A stretch of 64,000 nucleotides of DNA from Octopus sinensis. Lineage: Eukaryota. The position numbers were made by a program, and so were the translations under genes. Every line of letters starts with the position of its first letter. The first letter of the stretch is position 1. Location of the stretch: assembly GCF_006345805.1 (NCBI RefSeq), contig NC_043006.1:37944001-38008000 (forward strand), written 5' to 3'. Positions 11,883 through 25,810 of this stretch are shown in pieces. The notes below the pieces were generated by a model. The model was not told where the DNA came from. It worked only from the letters and a program-made list of their open reading frames with translations, and did no database searches.

Positions 11883-12570
11883 TGGCACTCCATCGGTTAT
11901 GACGATGAGGGTTCCAGTTGATCCGATCAACGGACCAGCCTGCTCGTGAAATTAATGTGCAAGTGGCTGAGCACTCCACAGACATGTGTACCCTTAATGT
12001 AGTTCTCAGGAAAATTCAGTGTGACACAGAGTGTGACAAGGCTGGTCCTTTGAAATACAGGTACAACAGAAACAGGAAGAAAGAGTGAGAGGAAAGTTGT
12101 GGTGAAAGAGTACAGCAGGGTTCTCCACCACCCCCTGCCGGAGCCTCAGGGAGCTTTTAGGTGGTTTCGTTCAATAAACACTCACAAATCTGGTCTGGGA
12201 ATCGAAACTGCGATCCTATGACCACGAGTCCACTGCCCTAACCACTGGGCCATTGCACCTCCACAAAGAAGCACTCATTTGGTTATGATGACAAGGATAC
12301 CAGCTGATACATTCAACAAAATAGCCTGCTCATGTAATTAATGTGCAAGTGGCTGAGCACTCTGCAGACACGTGTACCCTTAATGTAGTTCTCAAAGAGA
12401 TTCAGCTGGCCCTTTGAAATACAGGTACTACTCATTTTTGCCAGCTGAGCGGACAGAAGCAATGTGAAATAAAGTGTCTTGCTCAAAGGCACACTGCATC
12501 ACTGGGAATTGAACTCATGACCTTACGATCGTGAGTCGGATGCCCTAACCACTAAGCCATGCACCTTCAC
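11883..12570 (-). mobile_element. Two tandem SINE family B copies
   Basis: Each has tggcactcc..gttatgacga..aaattaatgtgcaagtggctgagcactc..gtacccttaatgtagttctc and a minus-strand tRNA-like head (about 12263 and 12570). Confidence 0.85.
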
Positions 12571-12924
12571 ATAACACTATTAATTTTAAATAACCATAAT
12601 ATGTTATAAGTTTTCATATTTACCCCAACAACTATAATAAATAACGTATTTATACTCAAAACTATATAAATAGAAATAACTATTAAGCTCTCATTATTAT
12701 GTATGATATTTAAATAACCATTGGCAAGTAAAAAGCACCCACTACATTCTCGGAGTGGTTGGCACTAGGAAGGGCATCCAGTGGTAGAAACAAAGCCAGA
12801 TCAGATTGGAGCCTGGTGCAGCCACCTGGCTCTCTAGACCTCAGTCAAACCTTCCAACTCATGCCAGCATGGAAAACAGACATTAAACAATGATGGTGAT
12901 GACTGAAAAAAGAATTAATATAAA

Positions 12925-13122
12925 TATACTGAGTTACATCTAGTTTTTTTTTTAAAAGGACAAGAACTGGTATCAGAGTGGGATGAAAGACCTCGCAAAA
13001 AGAATCATTGGATGGTGCAGCATGATAGCTTCTGTTTAGAGTGCAAGACTGCTTTTGTTGTATCTTGACGAACAAAGCAAATAAGAGACCAAATTATTAC
13101 AAAACTTTTGATTCAACACAAT
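12925..13122 (+). mobile_element. Mariner 3' remnant
   Basis: Reads KDKNWYQSGMKDLAKR...HD, like mariner C-termini. Ends caaaacttttgattcaacacaata (TIR-like plus TA). Confidence 0.5.
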
Positions 13123-14055
13123 ACATGCAAGAAAAAATGTCCAAACACCCTCAAAATCCCCTATAATCAATTATGGAGACAAAGGACTCAACAGGGAATG
13201 TAGTCTAAGTGGTTGTTACACTATTTCTGAAAGAAAGATGGGATGGTCATTGATGGAAAATCGTTGATAATAGGTCTCTTTTATAAGGATGCTAGAAATT
13301 AGCAACAATTTTTCAGTCCTGTGTTTGTGCTGAAGAAACTGTCTAACATGTACACACACACACACACACACACATTGTAGAAACTAGATCAACAAGAAAA
13401 AAAACAACAGAAGTTCATTGGCTGCAAGCATAGCTGTGTGGTTAAGCAGCTGGCTTTGCAACCACGTGGCTTTGAGTTCAGACCTATAGGTGGAAAAAAA
13501 AAAATGTGATTTCAAGAAGATTTGACTGCTATTATTGTCTGTTGACGGACCACGTGGGCTCTATCAGTAGCTCTGTTGTGTTTTCAATAGGAGTTGGGTG
13601 TGTATTTCTAAGTTTTAGCCTTAGGTGTGTTTTGGGATTATGGTTAGGAATCAGCTTTACAGGATTATATCTTCATGTCTTTAGGTATCCATATTAATGG
13701 ACTTTGTAGCCTGGCATATGTGTTAATGCAATCTGTGGTCCAGGATCTGCATTAATGGATTGTGTAATCTTTAAGTACAATCAGCTGTCACTCGTTAACA
13801 GGTGTGGCTTGATAACGAGTACCAAGCCTTGCTAATTGTTTACCTTCTATCTTCCACTTGTTTTAGATATTAGATTGTGGCCATGCTGGGGCCACACTGC
13901 CTTGAAGAATTTTAAGTTGAATGAATCAACCCCCAGGATTTTTTTTTTTTAAAGTGTGTACTTACTCTATCGTTTTTTTTTGCTGAAGCGCTATGTTATG
14001 GGGACATAAAGGAACCAGCACCAGCTGTCAAGCAGTTGTGGGGAACAAACACAGA

Positions 14056-14091
<36 letters not shown>

Positions 14092-14333
14092 TATATAAGT
14101 TTCTGTCTATCAAATCAGTTTCTGTCTACCAAATCCACTCACAAGGCTTTGGCCAGTCTACACAGAGTAGGACCGAACATGGAGCCATGCAGCTGGGAAG
14201 CAAACTTCTTAACACACAACCATGCAATAAAATGCAGACACAATTTCGGCCCCTTCAACCTTGATCCGCAAGAATATCCGGGGCTTGGCAGATGGTGGGG
14301 AGAAAGCTGCACCAGTATCCAGCTGGTACTTAT

Positions 14334-14519
14334 GTTAGTTAAGTTAAGTTAAGTTAATTTTTTGGCTCAAAAAGCAAAAAGCAAGGCCATGTAGGAGGAC
14401 ATGGAGTTATGTACAGGGGTGTTCATGCAATGAGTTCAGGCCATTTCTGGTCAAGAGAGACTTTGAACCGAGCGGTTGTCGGCATCTTCACTATCTCGTC
14501 CGGCAGCTTATTCCACGAT
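14334..14519 (-). mobile_element. CR1-like LINE 3' end with (TTAAC)n tail
   Basis: Minus strand reads SWNKLPDEIVKMPTTARFKVSLDQKWPELIA* (WN.LP..V....FK..LD motif), followed by a short 3' UTR and ttaac repeats. Confidence 0.75.
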
Positions 14520-15579
14520 GCATGCACACACACACACACACACATTTCAGTATATAAATGATCTGTGTGTATACAGGTGTGTGTCTGCATGGATGTTGAA
14601 TGAACTCACTTGCTCAAAAACACAAGGTGCTACATGGGATTTGTGAATGTTGCTGCCATACGAGCAATGTCCTTTGCTTTCAATCTTCTGAGACAATTCT
14701 GGCCATGGGGAAATATTACCTTAGATGGAAATAAGTGAGGGTTGGTGATAGGAAGGGCATCCAGCCAAAGAAAATCTGTCTCAATAAGTGAATTCTGTCT
14801 GACCCTTGCAACAAAAGATCCATGGAAGTTAATTGATGATAATACACACACACACACACACACACACACAGGGGGTAAGGGTGAGGGAGAGAGGGTATGG
14901 TCACAACTGAACTGACTTTTGAACTACAGGGATAATTTAGAGCTAATTAATAACAACAACAACAGCACTTTCATAAAGCAAGCAGCTTGCAAATGAAGTA
15001 GTTGACAGTACTTTCAGCCATCTTGTTGGCTTCGTCTCTTTGTTGGTTTTTGTTGGTTTTGTTGTTTTTATTTCTTTTTATTTGTCACTTAATGGCATCT
15101 GTCCTTTCATCTTTCTGAGAGAAAGTGAGTTAGAGAGGAAGAGAGATAGAGACTGATTTAGGAAGAGAGAGAGAGTGGGTGAGACAGAGAGCAAAAGAGA
15201 TAGAAAGTGAGAGAGAGAGTGAGTTAGAGAGAGAGAGAGAGAGAGAAAAGGAGATAGAGAGAAAGTGAGTTAGAGAGTGAGAGAGACTGTGTGTGAGTGC
15301 ATGAATGCATATGTGTCTACATATATATATATATATACACAGGTGTGTGTTTGCATACATGTGTGTACAGGTGTATATCTACAGGCATGCACACACACAC
15401 ACACACGCGCATGCAAACACACACATATTTCAGTATATAAATGATGTGTGTGTATACAGGTGTGTGTCTGCATGGATGTGTGTGTTTGTCTATATCCAAG
15501 TATATGTGTCTCTATACAGATGTCTGTGTATGTATACATCTGTATGCGTACACAAGCTTGCCTGTGTTTGTATACAGGT

Positions 15580-15621
<42 letters not shown>

Positions 15622-16817
15622 AATCAGAAGACAGTGTTGAGTCTAGTAGTCCACACTATGAAACCAGTATCCCCACCCAACACCATACAAGAACTACCAC
15701 CACCACCACCACCACAGCTACTACTACTACTACTACTACAACAACTACCACAATCACCAGGACAACCATTGCAATTACTACAAGTAATACCTCTTCTACT
15801 TAGAATATCACCACCTCCTTCAGCATAATGACCACCTACCCCACTGACAACAATCACCACCACCGCCACTACAGAAACCACTATGATGGTTAACAACACT
15901 AACATCAAGTCCATTATTAGCACCTCTTCAAGTAAGTTACCCTTATGTCTCTTCATATTCTAACAATTGCCACCAACACCAACACCACCACCATCACTAC
16001 TAGCTACATCTAGCATCATCATCATCATCATCATAATCCAACATTTGAATCCTCACCATCATCACTGATGGCAACATCAAAACCCAACAAGAAGACCTCT
16101 CAGTGGTTGCTCAACCTATTTGTGGAAGATTTGATTGCTAGAAATAGTAGTCAATTCCTGTTTGATTTATACCATACTGACTTAAAACAAGAAGCAAAAA
16201 AAAAAGCATAATGGACAATGTAGTTTTAGAAGCACAGTTGAAGAGGAAAATAATGAGGGTTTGTCATGACTGGAATGCCTTTCAGCACATCCCTGTTGGA
16301 TCAGAACTGTCTTGGGGCTAAAGAACATATTTGCAAGGATATTTTATACATAAACTGTCACTACTAATATTGTTCATCTCTCTCATTTATCACTGGTTCA
16401 TTTATCACTGAATTGATTAACACATTCTACTAATTGTGAATCAAGTTATGCTTATCACGCATAAGATTCTGTTTGGACTGCAAAAGCTTGTCCCCATTGA
16501 CCACCAACAATACCCAGGACAACTTGGCATCTCAGAACAAAGCCTATTTTCCCCACATGTTCTATGATTCATTTATCACTGGTTCACTTAATATGGTGGC
16601 TCTTTGGAACCAAACATGTGACAAACAAGGATAGATGTATTAGCACCATCACCAATAACACTTATACCAACATCATATTTCATATTTCCCCTTAGATATG
16701 AACAACCTTGCTTCTTTGACAAGGATACTCATTTATCACCATCATGTGATGTCTAGACAAGGATACACACGCGCACACACATATACTTACATATATATAT
16801 ATGAATATGTATGTATA

Positions 16818-16879
<62 letters not shown>

Positions 16880-17163
16880 ATCATCATCATCATCATCACT
16901 GATTAACTTCCATTTTCCATGCTGGCATGTATATATATATATAATATATATATATATATATTAAAACAGGAGAATGGAAAATCTTTGGTATTATTTATTC
17001 ACTACTTTCCAATCTCCTGTTTTGATGCCATTACTCAGCAGAAAATATTCTCCAGTATTTTCAACACTTATGTATAACTCACACAAATATAACATCTGCA
17101 TACAAATTTGGAATACTGAAATAAACAGATGTGCCTCAAGAAGATACAGCTTGGATTTTAACC

Positions 17164-17227
<64 letters not shown>

Positions 17228-17228
17228 A

Positions 17229-17443
17229 CTTTATTTGTAGATTGAGGCTACCATTAGTTTCATGTCAAGGAAGCCCTTAACAATTATTAAGCCTGCAGGA
17301 TAAAACATCAGTTTTTTATTTCCATTTTGGATTTGTTTTAAGCCAAATTGGAAATGAACATCAATGTTCCATGTCTTAGGCTTGATAATTGTTAAGGGCT
17401 TTCTTAACATGAAACCAATGGTAGAGTTAATCCACAAATAAAG
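17229..17443. mobile_element. Fold-back / MITE-like imperfect palindrome
   Basis: Outer arms of about 66 bp (ctttatttgtagattg..cccttaacaattattaagcct / aggcttgataattgttaaggg..cacaaataaag), with weaker pairing further inward. Confidence 0.75.
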
Positions 17444-17780
17444 AATCATTATCCACCAATTTGATATTGCACACTTATTCTCAATGTTCAACATTTACAT
17501 GTGTGTGTATTGGCATGGGTTGGACAGTTTGACCGGGCTGGCATGCTGGAAGGTTGCACCAGATACCGGTCTAATTTGGAATGGTTTTCTACAGCTGGAT
17601 GCCTGTCCTAATGCCAACCACTCCAAGAGTATAATGGGTGCTTTTACATGCCACCAACACGGGTGCCAATTTACGTGATACCAATATCTGCCATGACAGT
17701 GATTTTGCTTGGCTTCATGGGTCTTCTCAAGTATGACATAATGCCAAAGGTCTAGGTCATCACCTCCATATGCATATCTG

Positions 17781-17869
<89 letters not shown>

Positions 17870-17974
17870 AAACAGTGAGAATTTACAAAAAAACAATACA
17901 CGAAGATGGGTGCATAAACAACAAACAGATGTATTAGTTTAATGTTTAATGCTCGGGAAGTGAGAAAGTTACTT

Positions 17975-18304
<330 letters not shown>

Positions 18305-19282
18305 CAGAGGCATCTTTCAGTTTCAGTCTACCAAATCCACAAGGTTTTGGTTGGGCTGAGATTATTGCTCAAGGTACTGCGCAGTCAGACTAAATTGAGG
18401 ATGACATGTTCAGGAAGCAAGCTTCTAAACCACAAAGTCATGCATGTGTGCGTGCGTTCAGAATTAATGTTGAGAATACTAACACAAACGACAAAGTGAG
18501 AACAAAGTGTAATTATTAGTTTTAATGCTCAATAAATATTTAAGAAAGAAGAAGTATCTTTGATCTTTCAGACTGAACTAGCCATAAGAAAGTTAGATAA
18601 GGGAAAGGAAAAAGCATAGAAGGAAAGAAAAAAAAAATGGAAGAAATGGAGAAATATTTGTTGAACTGTGTCAGGTTATGTTCAAAATGGTGGAGGCTGA
18701 ATGACCAGAAGTGACAGGGAGAGGATGAGGTTTCACAAGTACACAAGGACAACAATGGGTAACATGGTGTGTAAATTATGTATATGTGCGTTTCTGGTAA
18801 TATTAGGGTATACGTATGCAAATTAAAGGAAGGTAACAATGAAGTATGCAGGTAATGTGTGTAGACTGTGCTTCTGCACTTGCGTGTGCATGGGTATTTG
18901 TGTGCGCAGCTGTGTGCTATTAAAGCGTATGTCTGTGTTTCAGTATATGCATTGGGAAGCAAGTGCGTTGGGGCTACTATACACCGATATGTTGTGGCAA
19001 ACAGTGCGCGCGTGTGTGTTTGTGTGTGTGTATGCATATTTGTGTGTACATATATGTTAGCTGTGCTTAGCTAAGTAGCAGACGTGGTAGTGGTCATAGT
19101 GAGTAGATGTGTGCATGTGTATGCCATTGCTGTGATGTGTGTGTCAGTAAATGTATTCGAGTATCTCTGATGTGCGAAACTAATGTTTCGAGAAAGGAAT
19201 TCAGTTCTGCAACATATAGTCACTTCCTCATTGTTTAAAAAAAAAATATCATTGACTGAATACATTCTATACTCATACACAG

Positions 19283-19328
<46 letters not shown>

Positions 19329-20199
19329 CATGCAAATATATAGCATTTCCTGATATACCGCTGCTGGTGAATTTAGAGCTCAACATAGAGTATTATCAAT
19401 CAGTCTACTTCCAACCAAGTGCTTAGGTTACCACTGTCCTTAGATAGTGTTACTGGTTATGATACATAGAAGAAATGTAGGAGGAAAATATGAGTCACTT
19501 GTCATCACTTCCGTCACATACAAACTTCTATGATGGGTTTCTAGAAAGATTCCATTTACCAACTCTACTCACTTGGCATTGGTTGCCCTGAAACTAAAGT
19601 CTGAAATGCCACACAGTCAGATTGAACCTGAGACCACATAGTAACAATGCAAACTCCATAATCACCCATGCATGTATATATTTACCAATTTAACGTCCAC
19701 TTTTCCATGCTTGCATTGGTTAGATGAAGTTCATTAAAGCAGATTTCTGACAGCTAGTTGCTCTTCTAGTTGCCGCCAACCTTCATCTATTTCCAAGCAA
19801 GGTAATATTCCTTCATAGCCAGTCATGTTTTCACAGAATATTGGAAAATGAATGACACTGCTTGTATAACAGTGGCACTCATTTACAGCTATCAAGTGAT
19901 GCCAAGACAAGGCAACACACACACATGACAAGTTTCTTTCGGTTTCTCTCTACCAAATCCACACACAAGGCTTTGGTCTGCCTAGGGCTATAATAGAAGA
20001 TACTGGTCCAAAATGCCAAATAGTAGAACTGAACCTGAAACCACAAGATTTGGTAAGCATTCTTCTTAACCACACAGCCATGCCTATACCTACATGCATA
20101 TACAAATACACACATGGTACGGATATCAAAAACCCTAGTGAATAACATTGGAAACAAAATACAGAAACAAAGAGAGAATAAGGTTTAAGAGTTCTGAGT

Positions 20200-20610
20200 C
20201 TTAAATGAAATCAATAATAAAACGGTACAAATGATAAACAAATAAGGAGAGGGAAATACAACAGAATAGAAAAAAAACTATTTGGAATGAAAGACTGCCT
20301 GAAACAATCTAGTACTATGAAATGCAACAATGATGTTTTGAACAAACAACGGTTCTAATCCAGAATAATTTTATCAAGAAATTGGTAAAAGAAAATGTAA
20401 GAAAATTTTATGCACCCCCAACAGCAAGAGAAGACGATTTCTAGGGAGGCGTGTGGCTAGCAAAGGCATTACTATAAACTTGATTGTTCAACAACAATGA
20501 GCACAGCATCTAAAGAATTGTAGGAAGCTTTTAAATATACAAGAAAAATCCCAGACTCAAAAAAAACAAAAAAAAAAAGAAAAATACGTGGAAAGCACAA
20601 GGACATGATC
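20200..20610 (+). mobile_element. Possible degenerate R4-like retrotransposon fragment
   Basis: MHPNSKRRRFLGRRVASKGI resembles the HP.S..RLY..R..GG.G motif downstream of RLE-type reverse transcriptases. Confidence 0.35.
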
Positions 20611-20944
20611 AAATTGCAGATACCTGTTAAAATATTTAATAGCAAAATATCAGATGCATGTGAAGGCAAGTGGCCTAGTGGTTAGGTTGTTACAATCACA
20701 ATTGCTTGACTGTGGGTTCAATTTCAAGACTGGTTGTGCATTGAATTTTTGTTTTTTTTTCTTGTTATTGGTGGGGGTAGGGTAAGAAAAACACTTCATT
20801 TCACATTAATCCAGCCCACTTGGATGCAAATGGGTAACCCAGTAATAAATTGGCATTCTGTTCAGAGAGAATGTTAACCTGCCTGCATAACTGGTGAGGT
20901 AGCATCACTTGAAAGCTATAACAATGCAAGGAAGTGCATTGTTA

Positions 20945-21972
20945 CCATGACTTTCAATGAGACGAAAGAAGTTTATAGTGATAATGCACCATCATATGAT
21001 GTAGTCAAGCACTGGCATCACCAGTTCATATGTGGTCAGGCATTGGTAGAAACTGCTCCTATTCCTGGGTGGCCACATTCTGCCATTGATGAAGCCACCA
21101 TTTTGGAGGATTGCCACATGACTATTCAGCAGCTAGCCCAAGAAGTGAAGGTAAGTGTAGGGTTTGTGGAAAAAAATTATTCACGACCATTTGCACATGT
21201 GGAAGTTGTCTACATGATGGATTCCCCCGGCTGCTAACACCTTTTCAGAAGCAAGAATGACTCAGTTGCTTCCAAGCTCTTTTGGTAATGTGTCAAGAAA
21301 ACAAGGAGGACATTTTCGGCAAACTTATCACACAGGATGGAACATGGGTCCATCACTATGATCTTGAGACTAAAGTCCAGTCAAAGCTATGGAAGCATGG
21401 GAACTCACCACCTCCAAAGGAGGCTTGTGTCCAAACCTCAGCAGGCAAGGTGATGCTCACAGTGTCTTGGGACCAGCGCAGAGTAGTGATAACGGATTTT
21501 CTGGCAAAGTGCACCACAATTAACAAGGCATATCATGCTTCTCTGCTGCAGAAATTACAGGATGCCATCAAAGCAGATAGGCGTGGCATGCTGACCAAAA
21601 GAGTCCATTTCCTCCAAGACAAAACTCTAGTTCACAATGCGCATGTTGCCCAGAAGAAAGCACACTCCTGCAGCTATGGAATCTTTCTTCATTCCCCTTA
21701 CTTTCTTGACCTCGCACCATCTGACTCCCACATCTTTCCAACCATGAAGTCTTTTTTGAAGCGGAAGCACTTATTTCCAAGGTAAAGATTTGGCTCCAAA
21801 CGCAACCTACCGACTTCTACAGACAAGGTCTTCACAGCTGCATAAAGCAATAAGAGAAGTGTGTCACCATTGGTGGTGGATATGTAGGGAAGGATTAATA
21901 ATTATGCCAAGTTTCATTTATTCCAGTCCTTGGGAAGTGGGTCAGGAAAAATCTTTAATGAACACCCCCTCA
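20945..21972 (+). pseudogene. Mariner (DD34D) transposase pseudogene, 5'-truncated, right TIR present
   Basis: HTH-like N-terminus (track ORF 20947-21237), WIPRLL (WVPHEL-like) at about 21218, LITQDGTWVHHYD, SAGKVMLTVSWD, FLQD and HSPYFLDLAPSD (YSPDLAP) in 21282-21785. Contains frameshifts and stops. Ends ctttaatgaacaccccctca plus TA. Confidence 0.92.
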
Positions 21973-22082
21973 TATATATATATATGTATGTATTATATAT
22001 TTATCTGGACGATCTTTGTCCTGTAATAGGAATTATTTCTGTAGATTTCTAATGGTTTTTGTCATACTTTATTTACGATTTT

Positions 22083-23008
22083 ATATAATGAAATAATCAA
22101 TATCAGACTTGTTTTATTAAACCAAAGTTTAATAAATTTCATCAAATAAAATAAATGAATCAGATTGGATGTAAAAATGGGTTAAATTTTTATTTCATAT
22201 TCCCATACAAGTGTTTCAGACAAAAGGATCAAGATTTCTATAAATACAACATCATAAAGGTCAAATTTGTCCTCTTCAGTAAGTGAGGTTTAAGTAAAAT
22301 AAAAAATAAGCAGAAAGACATTTAAAATATACATAGAATTTTTTCAGGTGTTTGTATATTCATTCTTCCACTCAGTGTTATTGAGACAGAAAACATTGAA
22401 AGACTTGGCTGGTTACATATCTAATATTTAAATTTTTGACTTCCTCACCATTAAAGCAAATATATATCTATTTAAAAAACTCACTATAAAAAATACTGGT
22501 CAAGATGTTAATGTATGCACGTTCATAAATACCAAATAAGGAGCTATATGTTATTTGAAATTTATATTTAAGAATTTGCTAACTGTCAACCATCATTTCT
22601 ACTATGTTTTTAAGTGAACAGAAAGTTAGTACTAGGATATGACATTTATTAATAATTTTATATTTATGTATTACAAAAAAGTCAGCAATCCATAGACAAT
22701 ATAGTTATTATATGCTGCTTTCATTATCTAAAAAGATCTAGATAAATTTTCAAAAAAAATACGAAAGAACCTAATGAAATATGTACAAACTTTGAGTAAA
22801 GATGTTTTAAAAGTGAACCACTTAAGTGATTGTCATAAAATATAATAATGTTGAAATCTTGGTCCTTTTTTCCAAAACAGTTGTATGGAAATATGAAATA
22901 AAAGACTTAATCCATTTTTACATCAAATCTGATTCGTTTATTTTATTTGATGAAATTTATTAAACTTTGGTTTAATAGAATAAGTCTGATATTGATTATT
23001 TCTTTATA
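22083..23008. mobile_element. Fold-back element with about 155-bp terminal inverted repeats
   Basis: 22083-22238 is the reverse complement of 22853-23008 (aatcaatatcagact..aaaccaaagtttaataaatttcatcaaataaaataaa..catacaa..caagatttc). AT-rich non-coding interior. Confidence 0.8.
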
Positions 23009-23419
23009 TATATATATATATATGTATGTATATATGAATGTGTGTGTCTTTGTATCAATGTTTGTCCCCAACCACTGCTTGCCAACCAGTATTTAGTGTG
23101 TTTTTGTCCACTGTAACTTAGTGGTTTGGCAAAAAAGAATGCTGGAATAAGTACATAGCTTAAAAAAATAAGTACTGGGGTCAATTTGTTTGACTAAAAC
23201 CTTTCAAGGTGGTGCCTCAGCATGGCCACAGTCATCTGACTGAAAAAACTAAAAGATAAAAGATATAGATATAAAGATCTGGAAATAGAGATAGCCAAGA
23301 AGTGGTGAGTAAAACAGAACCAATCCCTCCAATAACAGATGCCTTGTGGGATATGATTAAAAGAGAAAACCAAAACTCTGGGACTTCGTGCAAATATACA
23401 TACAACATATATATATATA

Positions 23420-23950
23420 ATACTTTACTGGCCACCAGGGCTGAACACAAAACATAAAGGATGAGGATGATACACAAATAAGGAACAGTCAGGTTAAACG
23501 TGTAAACAGCAAAAAGAAAAAACAATTAACAAGGAGATTAAACCAGCAATATATTTCCCCAACAGGGGAGAGTTTCACCAAGAGGTAACCAAAGAAACCT
23601 CACACACTTTGGGCCCCCTAACACCAAAAGCACCTCATGTAGGCACCCTTCTTCTCCTCATTCCATTGGCCCTACAGGTACACGCTTAGAGTAGGTCCAT
23701 TCACACAGGACATTTATTGCCACATTCATCCACCTTTCAACAAATTTACTGGGTAACAGTACCTCCCCCTCCAACCTCACTTTACTTTTTAGGTGGAACC
23801 TTGAAAAAGTCGATGAGGCCTTGACCAAAGAGGAAGGCATGCATCTTCAACCCTTTCAGTTACGTCCACCACACAAACTCTTTTGCCATAGCCACCTAAG
23901 AAAGAAAAACTGCTTGTCCTTCCTGACCAAAGGAAGGAGGTGATAACATA
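23420..23950 (-). mobile_element. Tx1/L1-like LINE 3' fragment
   Basis: Frameshifted minus-strand pieces KEFVWWT*LKGLK and FHLKSKVRLEGEVLLPSKFVERW fit the K..VW..R / F..RW C-terminus. 3' end tgttcagccctggtggccagtaaag. Confidence 0.55.
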
Positions 23951-24741
23951 TATATATATAAATAATAATATTAGTTCTAGACATGGCAGACATATTATAT
24001 TAAGTATAACCACCAATATTACTTAAAATAATGATATACAGACAATATTACAGACAATAGAGAATGGAAACCAAAACCACAACAAAATGCTGCACTTACC
24101 CTAGTTCTGTGCTCAACAGAGCAGTAAAAGTGCAATAGAAATAAGACTATTTGATGACGATGATGAAGATGATGATGATGATATTAATAACTTTACTAGC
24201 TAGAAGGCCAATGGATGTGGGAACATTACAAGGACAAACGGTAATATAGTAATTTCTTTATTGTTCCAACTTTAGCGTATATACTGCCAAATAATAATAA
24301 AAATAATAATAATAATAACAATAACAATAATAGCCATGATGTTTTGGCCATTATCTCTGTGGGCTTTGTACAGGAAATCATGGGAAGCCATTATGCAGTC
24401 TATATGATGATAAGAATTACATTTTCTCTTTTAGCATTAAATATCACTTACCTTAATTTTCATCTGCCACCACCTGCCCAGCATACCTTCATCCCTCCCT
24501 CCCTCCCTCCATCTCTTCCACTCTCCATCTATTCTTCTACGTTTCTTCTTTTCTATCCAGTTAGCAATGTCCTTACTGTTCATTTTTTTTTGTCAGTCTG
24601 TTTAGTTAATGAAGTAGATAGGTAGATAGATAGATAAATAGATAGGTAGATAGATAGATAGATACACAGATAGATAGATAGACAGATATAGATAGATAGA
24701 CAGAGAGAGAGAGATAGATAGAGAGAGAGATATAAATAGAG

Positions 24742-24789
<48 letters not shown>

Positions 24790-24891
24790 ATAAATAGAGA
24801 GACAGATATATAGAGAGATAGATAGAAAAACAGACCAACATAAAGTAATATATTCACTCATTCACATAACCATCCAAGCATACAAGCATTC

Positions 24892-24943
<52 letters not shown>

Positions 24944-25656
24944 TATACACACACAGAGACACACACACACACAGGTGGATATATCTTTTATCCTTTGTTT
25001 CATTTACTGGATTGCAGCTGTGCTGGAAGCTTCACCTTAAAGGATTTAGCTCAGTGATTCTTCAACCATTTTTTTGTCTATGCATTGCTTTGATTCTTGC
25101 TTCATTCGGGAAGTGTGTATCTGTATAGTGGGGCGAGGGGTGGGGGGAGAGGGTCAGCTATCCTAGCCATTTGATGTCTGAAAGGCTCTTATTATATTTT
25201 TATTTTTTTAAATATTATTAGGAATTGCATAAACAAATTTGATGAAATATGTTGTGTACTCAAGAAATATAACCAGGCGCAGGAATGGCTGTGTGGTACG
25301 TAGCTTGCTTATCAACAGCCTGGTTCCGGGTTCAGTCCCACTGTGTGGCACCTCAGACAACAGCCTTCTACTATAGTCTTGGGCTGACCAAAGCCTTGTG
25401 AGTGGAAAGAAGCCTGTGTGTGTGTGTGTGTGCGTGGGCAATTGTCTGAGGGTGGTGGGTTGTACATCTATAGCTAGAAATAAGATGAAATACCCTTAGA
25501 GCCGCAAAAGAACACATAGGTGGCTACCTGGCTATTTCGGTCACAATTAGTGACAACTGAATTTTTCCTTTTTGGTTTTATTGCATACAGCTTCCTTCAT
25601 TATTTTATACATACACACACATATATAGATATATACATATATATAAACATATATAC

Positions 25657-25690
<34 letters not shown>

Positions 25691-25703
25691 TATATATACA
25701 CAC

Positions 25704-25810
25704 ATATATCAGTTGAATAAAGTTAAGACATGGTCTGGTTTTCACGTTTTTTATCATGGTATGAAAAACATGAAAACCAGACCATCTTTTAACTTTAGTC
25801 AACTGATATA
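25704..25810. repeat. 107-bp imperfect hairpin in TA-rich tract
   Basis: atatcagttgaataaagttaagacatggtctggttttcacgtttt pairs with aaaacatgaaaaccagaccatctttaactttagtcaactgatat. Confidence 0.85.

Noticed and set aside
21282-21785. Domesticated SETMAR-like gene
   Set aside because: Frameshifts, stops, missing 5' end and damaged motifs; no SET-domain exons seen.
24094-24130. Minus-strand donor GG|GTAAGT with a possible 7-12 nt microexon
   Set aside because: Acceptor is ambiguous and isolated donors are common by chance.
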